Program-made: the position numbers and the translations under genes | Assembly: GCA_012295275.1 (NCBI GenBank) | Contig: CM022673.1 | Span: 12,648,001 to 12,712,000 of the forward strand | Length of the DNA: 64,000 bases | Origin: Chrysomallon squamiferum | Taxonomy: Eukaryota; Animalia; Mollusca | Direction of reading: 5' to 3' | Notes under the pieces: model-generated | Told to the model about the DNA's origin: nothing | The model's input: only the letters and a program-made list of their open reading frames with translations | The model's database searches: none | Shown here: piece by piece, positions 52,601-64,000 of the stretch | Layout of the letters: every line of letters starts with the position of its first letter | Position numbering within the stretch: the first letter of the stretch is position 1

Positions 52601-54605
52601 AGAGATTCTGGAATTCAGTCATTCTAATCACCAGGCTTCCGACACCCTCAGCTCTGTGCCCCCCCTGCCTCACGTCAACAGTCCCATTGTCAACAACAGA
52701 ATGGGTTTCCCTTCAGTCGAACCTGCAAATATTCCCCTGCCTCCTGCGTCCTCTCTTCCACACATTTCTACTCTTCCTCAAGTGTCAACGTTTCCCCCAT
52801 CCTCTCTCCCCAGTGTGTCGCCACTGCCCCCAGTCTCCTTTAACATGATACCAACAGTGCCAACGAGCATTGTGCAAGCCCCAGTTCTAGTAAATCCGTT
52901 GTTGCTAAATGGACCAGTGCAGTTTCAGCCACTGCCGCGAATACCAGCAGCAGGACCGGCACCTCAGTTTGGCTGGCCTGTTAATTCCACGCAGGTCATG
53001 CCAGTTCAGAACCAGTTCGGTCCTCCAATAGTGACCCGACCACCCATCATGTCCACAATTCCACAGGCTCTGCTGAACGGAGGCATAAGTGAAATTCCTG
53101 CAGACACGGACAACAGGTTCCCTCAGAATATTCCGGTTAACAATCCCACAAGCTCCATGCCCATGACATTGAATCCAACAAACCAGATTAGTGTTGGAGC
53201 TGCTCAGGGACTTAGTCCTCGTCCCACAGACACACTGCTGTCAGCATCCAAGATACTGGCATCGGCGAACAACAAAGAGACGGAGAAGCCAGCGTTGCGA
53301 TTCAGCAGCTGCAGAACATATCGACTCTGTTGAAAGTGCAGGCCTGTCTGGCTGGCAAGAACTCTAAACACGATGGCGTGTTCAAGGTGCCACAGCCAGT
53401 GTCCAGTTCAAAGCACAAGTCGAGAGAAAACGAAGATCCTCTGGATTCCATGGAGATGATTGACATGGAGTTGTCCCTCTTGATGAAGAGTGTGAATTGG
53501 TGCTGCCAACGCCCCTGATCCCGTGAATAAAAACAGAAAAAGTCGAAAGTCGAAACATTCGCACAGCAAATCAGTCAAAGCCCTCGCTTCCCAGCAAGAC
53601 GACATGCCATCTTCTGCTGCAGAACTGACAAATAAAGAAAAGGTAATAAAGAAAGATATTTAATTAAAATAAAATAATAAACAATAGTTAGAGAGTCTGT
53701 AGTAAGTATGGGATTTGTTTGTTTTATTGTTTATTATTATTTATTTTTTTATTTTATTTTTTTTGCTACTTATGAATTTAACCAGTTTATCTAGCTTTCA
53801 GTTCACTGTCCTCCCTCCCTCCCTTGTCAGTGCGAGAAATGAACTTTTTTACATGCACCTCTTTAACGTAAGCACTTTGTTGACGATGTACATTAATTAG
53901 CCAACCAATTCAATGTGCATTTTGAATTTGACAGTATCTGAAGAAACTACATCTACAAGAGCGTGTGGTGGACGAGGTGAAGTGTGCAATCAAGCCGTAC
54001 TACAGCAGCAAGAAAATCACAAAGGAGGAGTACAAAGAGATCTTGCGTAAAGCTGTACCAAAGGTTTGTACATGTCGACATCAGATTTCTTACTTACCTG
54101 TTTTTTCTGGCCATTTTTTATTTATTTTTTTTTTTAAATCTTTTCTTTTAACAAAATTTATTTATTTTAGAAATATGGGTCCCATATTTGAACTGTTGGA
54201 ATCAACCCTGCTATTGACATTACAACTAGCAGAGCACAGATTTGTTGTTGTTTTTTCTGGGGTTTTTAATTTTTATTTATTTTTTCCAAGCATTCCATCA
54301 TGCTTCCTCTTTCATTATTTATGCAAAAATAAATAACAATCTTTTTCTTTCAACTAAATAAATAAAACGTGTTAAAATATCCTTTAAAAAAAATTAATTA
54401 TTGATTCATTCATTATAAAAATAAAAGATTTTACCTCCACTTTCAGGTCTGCCATAGCAAGGCTGGAGAGATTAATCCAATGAAGATCAAGTCTCTGGTT
54501 GATGCCTACGTCAATAAGTTCCACAAGCGCAGACACGGCAGTAGCAAAAAGTCCAAAAAGGATGAATCGAAAGCCAACGGCATGAAAACCAAAGCTTCCC
54601 GATAA
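44024..54605 (+). CDS. PHRF1: PHD and RING finger domain-containing protein 1 (PHRF1-like; RING, PHD, RS-rich region, C-terminal SRI-type domain), about 1690 aa after frame correction
   Basis: Coding exons 44024-44162, 44613-44786, 45369-45553, 45926-46009, 46518-46636, 47217-47302, 47629-47783, 48152-48349, 48824-49035, 49434-49562, 49970-50106, 50474-53642 (frame disruptions, see findings), 53935-54063, 54447-54605. [12 protein letters not shown]...[25 protein letters not shown]; [35 protein letters not shown]...WFCSDC; RS dipeptides about 51630-51960; C-terminal [16 protein letters not shown]...[22 protein letters not shown]. Confidence 0.92.
46778..46812. repeat. (TG)n microsatellite
   Basis: Perfect TG run in a PHRF1 intron. 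Confidence 0.9.
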
Positions 54606-55767
54606 TGTTTGCATTGTACATAGACGACAATTTTTCTTTAACTGTGAACAAATATAATCATGTGATTAACTGAGAGAAAAACGACAGAGAAATTCTTTTT
54701 TTTTTTTTGTGATGTGCATGAGTATACATGTACATGTTTTCTTCAGAGTGGATATATATGTACCAGTGTGATAATTACCTATCAGTGATGATGGATAAAG
54801 TAACAGATAAAATGCATTGTTTTCTTTCTCAATGCAGTCGTGTGATTATTGGACCATTGTGGATGTTATGTGTTATCTCAAATGTATTTAAAATTTTAAA
54901 ATCATATTTACTTAAATTTTCGCAAATGTGGAGAAAAGGAGAAAAATGTTTATTTACTTTTCAGTCTGAAATTGTGGTTAGATTTTTCCTTAATTGTAAA
55001 TAATGTAGCTATTATGTCAATTTGGCCACAGGAAGTTTTACAAAATTCAGAACTATTCTTGAAAAATTCAGAACCAGTTTGAAATGAAAATCATGTAGGA
55101 ATTAAGAAGTTGTAGTTAAATTATCAGTAACTTACCAACTTCTTGTCTTTGTTGATTTTTTTATTATTTTGTGTAAAATAGTAACAGATATTAAGTATAT
55201 TCTTTTGGATTTTGACAGTATCTAATTTATTTAATTATATTTTAAGCTGGGACCCATACTGGTTTAAAAATGTCTTTATTATTTGAAAAAAGAATAATAA
55301 AAATAAATAATTTTCTATCCTTTTTAATACATTTTGTACATTTTTCCTTACTTTTACTGTTTTATTTGGAATTTAATTTAATTTTTTTTTTTTTTTTTTT
55401 TTTTTCAAAAGGGCAGTTAATTTGTGTAGTTTTATTTATTAAAGTTAATCAAATATATATGCTGTAAATACCTGCATTGAAACAAAAACATAAGCTCAAG
55501 AAAATTAACAGAATTAATTTTTTTTTTAATTTTATTTTTTAGGTATTTATTTTTTACATTAAATTTCTACTGTCAAAAACAAAACAAAAAACTCATTTTG
55601 GTTTTTGTGGTTACATGTAGACAGCTGATTCAAACAATTTAATTTTCCTGACATTAATCCTGAATATTGCATGAATTCATTTGACCACGTCCTTGTATCA
55701 TATCAACACACCAAGCTTTGTATCAGTATTAACCTTTTCCTTTATTCCTATTTTCTTTTTAATTTTT

Positions 55768-55801
<34 letters not shown>

Positions 55802-56131
55802 CTGGTGTGATTCTATGCAGGATAATTCTGTAAATTTTCCTTCAACATTGTGATTGTCAGTATGACATACGATGTTATATTTAATGATTGTTCTATTTAC
55901 CTTTGAATGACATGCACTAGTCTTTTTCTTCTTTCCTTTTTTTTTCGAGCTGGTGTTAAACAATTCAGTTCACAAGTTTTTGAAAAAAGAATTTGAAATC
56001 GTTTATCTTTCAGGTATCACTTACCTACATTAGTTTTCATTGTAACAGGCTCAGACGAAAAACTCTTTTTTATTTTTTTATTTTTTTATAATTTTATTTA
56101 TATATTTATTTATTTATTTATTATTGTTCAT

Positions 56132-56162
<31 letters not shown>

Positions 56163-57434
56163 TTTTATATTTATATTTATATTTATTTATTTCTCTTTTT
56201 CTGTTTTCTTTATTGTTGTTTTATTCTCACCTTCCCTCTTTCTCTCTCCTTCTCTCCTTTCAACTCCAGTAGTGTTAGTGCCTCAAGATTAACAGCAAAA
56301 AAACAACAAAGTACATCTCAATTCCAATTACAAAACTAATGACATAGCAGTTATTCCTAGCTTACTGGATAGGGGTTTTTTCATGAGGGAACAACTCAAT
56401 TAGTAATAAGAAAATTGCCTTATCAGTATCAATTTCTACATCACAAAGAAATTCTGAACTAGAAATGAAATTTGGTTCTTTAGTTTGGATATTATGTAGA
56501 ATGCTGGCAATAACTTTGATATTATCATAAAGTTGCAGGATAATTTTATTATCATACAGTCGTGCAATTGTTAAATGAACTATTTCTGTCAAAGACCCTA
56601 ATTTTTTATAAAGTATTTGGGTAAGATAGATTTTAATTCACAACTTTTTGATTTTGGTTTGTTAATAAACAAAATTTTGGATTTCTTAAAGCCCAGCAGA
56701 CAGTATTTTCAAATGTTTCATTGACCGAAAGTATCCATTTTTCACAATCAAAACTGAGTTCGGTTTTGTCTTAAATGTAATTTTTGAATTCTGAAGCTTA
56801 CTAAGTGGTTCATATAATACTAATTATGTTTTCAATAGTTGTTAAAGGAAAAAAAAAAAAAAATGATTTAAACTTTGTGTCTCTAATCAGTTTTTTTTAT
56901 TTCTATTGCCTAACAAATTTCATTTTTTTTCCAGCATTTCAGATATAAGATAATATTACAAGATTTAATTTATCAAAACTGACATGCTTTTTTTTTTTTT
57001 TATTTATTTAATTTTTTAAAATCTTTATTATTATTTTTTGTTTATGTCTGTCTCTCAGATATGCTTAACAGGTGATTTACCAAATATAACAAGTGTTGTG
57101 TTAATTTTATTTCAAATTATGTCAAATAAAAACCACTAATCCTAAGTAACAGTATGTGTAATTTCTGTAAATGGAACAGATCAAGTTTGTTGAACGAAAA
57201 ATTGTACATAATGTACAGAATAAAATATAAATTAAGAAAATTATGTTTCAATTAACTCTGATGAATTGTATGCTAACTTCATTGGTGCAGTTAAATTGAT
57301 TTTCTTTCCCTTTGTGAAAGAATTTGTACGTTATTGTGAATGTGTGAAATTAAATGTGGAACAAGACAATGGTGTGTTTACATTTTGATAGTTTATTTAA
57401 ATGTGTCACATAACCTTGGTTTGTATTTATTTTC

Positions 57435-57440
57435 AATAAA
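57435..57440 (+). terminator. Candidate PHRF1 polyadenylation signal (3'UTR about 2.8 kb)
   Basis: AATAAA followed by a T-rich tract about 35 nt downstream. AATAAA is common in this AT-rich DNA, so the call is weak. Confidence 0.3.
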
Positions 57441-59480
57441 ACTTCAGCAATTGAGGTCTAGTTGAAAGTAAACAAGTTTTTTCTTTTTTTTTTTTTTTTT
57501 TTTTTAATTCATTTTTGTGAAACTTTGTTCTCAGTTACCCAGGAACAAGATAAGATCAGAATTTTGGAATTATTGATTCTTGGATTTACAAGAATTTCTC
57601 TTACACCTAATCATCTTTAATGTAAATGTTGTAAGTTCTTTAATCACCATATATTTTTCATCAGTTTTACTGAAAAGAAGATGAGGCTATTGGAAAGTTG
57701 TGTAATAAATCCCTTTTTGCAACAAGTTCAATTTTCCAGATACTAAACAAAAACAGTAAGTTTTTCCTCCCCTACTTGGAGTCATCATTTTTATAGGACC
57801 AGGGCCTTACATTCAGTAGAAGTATTTTGATTTGCTATGACTGAATGTAAATACATAATAATTCACACAATATATGATTTTAGAGAAGGGGGTTGGCAGG
57901 GTTGCCTTGTACTTCCTATACAATATCTAGATTTGCTCCTGAATGAATATAAAGTACAAAACATAGAGTAATTAAGTTAGCAGAATATCAGAAATCTTAT
58001 TGACCACAGTAAAAGCAATCACGGTATTTAGAGTGGAGTACTTTTGTACAAACAAATCTGATTAATCGACTGGAGTTTACACTAACTGCTGGGAAACAGA
58101 ACTGAGTCCTTTGCCAGTTGTTTTGTAATGAAATCCTGTGTTTAAACAGTGTCCCCTAGCACTCCAGTAAATTGCTTTTAACATTCAACAAAGAAGCAAG
58201 AAACATTTTATTTAGCTACACTCTTAACAACGTTTTGAGTCTGTGTTTATATGACTTCACACACGTGGGTGAAGAAGTTCCACTATGCAGTGTTTTTTTT
58301 TTTTTAAAGCAACAAGGAATTTTTATCACAGGCCCACCATGCAATCAGCAATTTTTTTTTTTTTTTATGTTTTTTTTAGTAAAAACAACAAGGGATCTTT
58401 TATGAACATCTTCCAGAAATGGAGAAGCCAATAATAATAATAAAAATAATAATAATAATCTTTATTATAATAGCAGAGAACTGGCTGGGTAGGAAAATGG
58501 CCAACTGGGTTTGTCTAGAAGGAAATGTACAAGTGTGATGAGTGATGGGTTTTCTTGATACCCTGATCAGTGTTTTTTCCTATTCCAGCCAGTGCTGCAC
58601 AACTGGTTTTCAATCACAAGTACCCTTTTACAAATAATCATCTAGAATTATGAAAAATGTATTTACGCTGATCTTTCCAATCACATATAAACAGTGACAT
58701 AAAAAAAACAAATAAAAAAACCTGTCGCTTGAGAAGTATACAAAATAAAATATTCAGAAACTTGTTTAGACTATTTATTCCCAAGTTCAAAATTACAACA
58801 GTAAAGGACAGTTCAGGTGGAAGTGTTTAACTGACTTAGAAACCTCTTTATCACCAAGCAGACCTACTTAGAAACACAGTCTACTTTCCAAGTAATTGCT
58901 CTGCTGTAATTAGTCTCAGATACATCTTCTCTACATTTCTCTGTGATTTTTTTTATTTTATTAACTCGTTAATTTCTGCTTCGCTGAATTCAGCCGTCAA
59001 TCTGAGGTTCCAGCTGCAGTGGTCGTGAGAGTTCATTGTACAAATAACTGTCCACGTTCAGTCAATCATCAGTTTAACTCAGTTCTTGACAGATAACCTA
59101 TCAGAACTGTAATGAGTTTTCTTCAGTTTCCATGATGTTTCTTACTCGCTTTTAGTATGTTCTGGATTTTTGATACTCGTTTTAGTTTTATTATTTTATT
59201 ACCTTATTTTTACTATACTACTACCATTACATCCTCTACCATTACTTCTACTGCAGCTGCTGCTACTACTACTGCTATTACAACTGCTACATCTACTACT
59301 ATTATTATTACTACTTGTAGCAGTACTACTACTAGACATGCAAAAAAGCAATCAAAACATCAATTCAAAATGGTAATCTGGCTTAAAAAGGAAAAAGAAA
59401 AATAGGAAAAAAATAAAAGAAGGAGAAGATGAAATAATTATACATTATTTAACACAAAGGAAAACAAACAATCCAAACAT

Positions 59481-59500
59481 TTTATTATACATTTTTTATT
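59481..59500 (-). terminator. Candidate polyadenylation signals of the minus-strand gene ending at 62183
   Basis: Two TTTATT (minus AATAAA) followed on the minus strand by a GT/T-rich stretch. Weak call. Confidence 0.3.
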
Positions 59501-60945
59501 CACAAAATATACATCCATAAACTTTGATAGTGTGCACATTTACATTATGACATATATCACATCTTTCTCTACACTAAATAAAATATGTATTGGTTAGGGT
59601 GATAAACAATGAATAACAAAAAGTGCATAAAGATACAATGAAAAAACAGTCTTCATAATCACGTTTGTGAATAGTGTTTTTATTGTTGATGTTATAGTTT
59701 AAATATGGCACCGAAATTCTAGATTAACTAGACTCGAAAATTCACAAACATAAATGTTTTTTTGAGAAACCAAATGTTATAATTATATTGATAAAAGATC
59801 AGGAAGAATTACTGGTCCTGAGCATTAAATGTAAGGGGCAAAAACTGATAAAAATATTCTATTAACCTAAATACACAAAAAATATCTAGTTAATGCCAGA
59901 AATAATTCCAAATAACAGTATTATAACAGATTATGATACCTAAAAACAAAAATGTTTTAACATAGACTTAAATGTTTGCATTTTGAAGACAAAAATAAGA
60001 TAATGTTATGTGAAAGCTATACAGAGATGTATACAAATATGTATATTACATATACCAGTTATTTGATACATGATGTTAACTTAAATATACATAATTTTAA
60101 ATGAACTTGTGTTATATGAGAATTCATGAAATTAGAAGACATAAAAGCAAAAACAAAAAAATAACAGTTAGTTTACCTATCTGATTATTTATTTTCATCT
60201 GAATTAATTCAAGCTCTCTAAAATAGTCTTATGTCATAAATATTTTCTATTTTTCTATTGTACTTCTAGAAGCTTTTGTCTATTTTGCTATGAAACTGGT
60301 CTAAATTTTTTTATAATTTCAGATATATAAATAATAGCAATGCCTTTATGCTTATTATCATAAAAATATAAATTTTTTATGTTTTAGAAAAATGTTTGAA
60401 AAACAAGGCCACTGAATATTACTTACTTCCATGAAAGGTACATAAAATTATTCTTCACATTTTTTTTAATGTTTATTATTTATAAAGTATAAATTAACTA
60501 AAATGATTCAAGTTGTTTTATGAAGAATGAATATAAAAATTATATGAATTTCCCAATATAATTTTCTTAACATGTATAAGATGTTCATTTCATTAAATCA
60601 CTCGTTTATTAAATCTTAACTCATCTTTCTTTAGCATGCAACTCAAGAAAATTACAGAAAACAAGTTTTAAAAAAGAATAAATTAAACAAAGAATCGAAA
60701 ATTGTAAAAAAACAGTTCCTTCTAAATGTATAATGGTATTTATCATTTCAGCTATTTTATGTACCTAACATGAAAACAAGTGAAATATTGTAAAATAATT
60801 ACCAATAATTACTTCAAAGTTTCACCTGCTGCATTTAAATGTATCAGTATATAATCAGTATAAAAATCTGGTGACGTAAATTAATGAAAGGACTTGAGAT
60901 TAAATTACATCAGTCTTCTCATTTTTCCCAATAATTAATTTTTAT

Positions 60946-60983
<38 letters not shown>

Positions 60984-62182
60984 TTATTTATTTATTTATT
61001 TATTTTACTGTTGAAATTTGCATATTTCATCCTGTTTTCAAAATGTATATCAGACAATTCCACATTTCTGTAACCCATATGGATTATTATTATATTTTCT
61101 ACAATAATTTAATATATATACATATGTATATAAAATAAATTGTAGGTAATTAGCATAAACAACATTCCTGGAAGTATTTTTCAGTCTTTACAAATGTTAA
61201 CAAACACACATCCACTTTCTTTTGGAAACTGGGCAGCATATTTTATTCATAATCTTCAGCATGTAGCTGAACAGCTTAATTCATGTCATTTTAAAAGTAA
61301 ACAAAATAAAATTTAAAAATTCAAAATAATTATTTTTAGTACCATGGACACGTCACAACGAATCACACATAAAATCAGTTTACTTCAGGGCTGTTCCATA
61401 GTAAGTTATACATACACATATACTGAGAGACAGACAGACAAATGGATAGGAGTGTGCATTATCATAATTTGTTATTAGTAATTCATAATATTTTGAACTT
61501 CAAAATAAAAGATCCAAAAATATGGCAAAAAATAATAATAATAGTTTTAATTACTTTGCATTTTTTATTAATTTATTTAATATTTATAAAATTAAACTGA
61601 AAATTTTAAAAATATTCATTTGTTTAAATTTCTTAGACTTAAGTACTTTTTTATGATTATGCTTATTGTAAGTAGTAGCAGCAGTATTCTGATTTATTTA
61701 TTTATTTATTTTATTTTTATTTATTTTATTTTTATTTATTTTATTTTATTTTATTTTTATTTTTATTTTTTTCTTGATTCTGAAGAATGGCTTAGTTGAA
61801 ATCTTTGGTTACTTTATACACTGAAACAAAGGTTGCCCATCTACTTTTTAGGTTTCTGAAATAGCCCCAATAATAATATTTCCTTAACATAAATAAACAA
61901 AACATATATTTGCACACAGTTACATTTCCTCCTGTCAGTGTTTGTTTCTACCACTTACATAATTCCTGCACATTTTATCAGTGAATTATTTATTTATTCA
62001 TTCATTTTTTTTTTTTTTTTTTTTTTTTTATTCACTGAGGTATCAACCATCTTGATAACTAATATCAAGTTTGTTGAAAAAAGCGCCATCTTTTTTATTT
62101 ATTATCTCCCTTGAGATTTTGTAAACATTTCTTTTGTATTTCTTTGGAAACCAGTATTGTTTGGTTTTGTGAGGGTACCAGT

Positions 62183-62355
62183 CTACTGCTCCTTGTCAAG
62201 TTCCTTACAGGAAACCGATCGTTTTATGGCAATGAACTTGCAGCCAACGAAGTGGTAGAAGGCGTAACTTACGAGAGCAAACAAAACCCGGCAACCAAGA
62301 AACATCATCACTTGTATGTTGAGCTTGCTGTTCACCAGAACGTCAATGGTGGTCA
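62183..62355 (-). CDS. Probable terminal coding exon of an unidentified gene; one hydrophobic segment near the C-terminus
   Basis: Minus-strand T-tract + CAG acceptor (AG at 62357-62356), phase-1 frame TTIDVLVNSKLNIQVMMFLGCRVLFALVSYAFYHFVGCKFIAIKRSVSCKELDKEQ-TAG. Local GC and CpG rise typical of the exons here. Upstream exons not seen in the window. Confidence 0.65.
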
Positions 62356-64000
62356 CTGAAAAAAAAATTAAAAAATTAAAATTGTAATTAAATCATGTTT
62401 CGTTCTGAGGTTTTCATAAATAAATGAGAGATGATAATTATTAACAAGAAAAAAAAAAAAAAAAAAAAGACGAAGGTGAAAAGAAAAAAAGAAAGAAAGA
62501 AAGAAAACATGATTATAGTGGGCAGAAATGCCGCTAAAATGATTAACAAAATGTTAAAGGCTCCAAAAATATTTGGATAATTTATAAAACAAGAAGGCTT
62601 TAAAGAAAATGAAATAAAAATGAAAAGAAATAGAATATATAAATATATGTATATGTATATATGTGTATCAATACCAAACTAAATTCGACATACAAAGTTG
62701 TATTTTTTTTAAGGTTTTTTTTTTTTTTTTTTTTTTTTAGACATGATTTTTAAAAATCTTTTTCAGCATTAATGAACTGAAAATAGTTTTTTTTGAAAAT
62801 GAAAATGATATTTGTGAATGTTAAAATGGTTATATTATGACTTAAAATTTTATTGGTTACATATTTTAAGCATGCATTTGATTTCTCTTTTAAGAGTCAA
62901 TGGTTATAAATTTTTCGTGTCTAAATAACATTTTATTATTAAAGATCAGTTAAACCAGTTAAAATGTCTCATTCTAGGTTTTAAATCCATCTTTTAAATT
63001 ATGTTTCAGAAAAAGTGCAAAATTACTTATTTTTGTTGCCTGAAGAGGTATTAAAGTTGATTCGTGTACTGAAATTCTGTGTGAGTCTATGTTTCTGAGT
63101 CATACTGATTCTGAATCAGAATACTTTAAAAAACTGTTGTTTTATTTTCTTTTAATTTTCTTTCTTTTTTTTTATTATTATTTTTATTTTTTATTTTTAT
63201 TTCTTTTTCTTCCTGTTTCCTTTTTCTTTTAATTTAAACTGTTAATTTTTTATAATATTATTTTTTAAATTTATTATTATTATTTAAAACACAAAAAACT
63301 ATATTAATTTTTAGAGAAAAGTTAATTTCTGTACAGTTACAGATATGATACTATTGTGTGTAAAAGAACAGTTTTTCAATGATCAACTATCTAAGTCAGC
63401 TTAATTGAATTGTCTGCAACTAAAAGGCATCTGATGTCTAGCTTAATTTTAAAACAATATTTTTGAACAATATTTATAGATAAGGTTTAATAGGGCCTTA
63501 ATCTACAAAAAATAATAATACATATACACACTTCAGACTGATGTTTTATTATTATATTTGAAACTAAACCTTTGGCGATAATAAAGTATAAGATAAAATT
63601 ACAAGTTCACAAAGATTGACTGACTGCCAAAATTTCCTTTTAATTCTTTGACATTTTTTTATTTTGCTTTTATATGTATTAAATTTGATATTATATATTT
63701 CTTCTTTTTTTTTTTTTTCAATTTGATTTGGTTTTTTCCCATTTATTTTTTTATTTTTCATTTTAAGTCTTGATTTTACATAGAAATGTGAAGAAAAAAA
63801 GAAAATTGTAATGGCTATAGAGAATGACAGCTATGTTAATGATTCTGTCATTTATTTTATTACGAAAATAAGCAACCACTAGAAATCATTTAAGAGGGTT
63901 TTTTTTTAAATTTCCTTTACATTTAGAATATATATATATGTTTGCACTCTCACACATACTCATTAAATAAACTTGAAATCCGTGGAGAAACAAACTACAG

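Noticed and set aside
53240-53575. Small intron that would bypass the PHRF1 stop codons
   Set aside because: No consensus donor or polypyrimidine tract, and the skipped sequence reads as plausible protein in the shifted frames.
54091-54100. TACTTACCTG matching the U1 snRNA 5' end
   Set aside because: No downstream U1 sequence; it is just the reverse complement of a donor consensus.
58830-59010. Minus-strand peptides LTAEFSEAEINELIK and NYSRAIT resembling LINE ORF2 motifs
   Set aside because: Different frames, stop codons and too-short spacing; not supportable without a profile search.

Overview
AT-rich, microsatellite-dense eukaryotic (animal) nuclear DNA with GT-AG spliced genes. A gastropod or other mollusc origin is my inference from repeat style and is unverified. 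I reconstructed five protein-coding genes by hand. (1) A CEPT1/CHPT1-family choline/ethanolamine phosphotransferase on + (coding exons 2-8, 2645-7637; first coding exon outside the window). (2) A complete, more divergent paralog on - (28908-21482), tail-to-tail with the first; its six internal exons have identical lengths. (3) CNDP2 cytosolic non-specific dipeptidase on - (40943-35057, 13 coding exons, 471 aa). (4) PHRF1 (RING-PHD-RS-SRI) on + (44024-54605), head-to-head with CNDP2; its 3.2-kb exon carries 3-4 frame disruptions. (5) The probable last exon of an unidentified membrane protein on - (62355-62183). Also present: a hAT-type MITE with an 8-bp target-site duplication, a pogo/Tigger-like MITE, two GGAATG-rich minisatellites and many microsatellites. 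No tRNA, rRNA or CRISPR was seen. Best leads are the divergent phosphotransferase paralog, the PHRF1 frameshifts (most likely assembly indels) and a promoter-like island between the two convergent paralogs.
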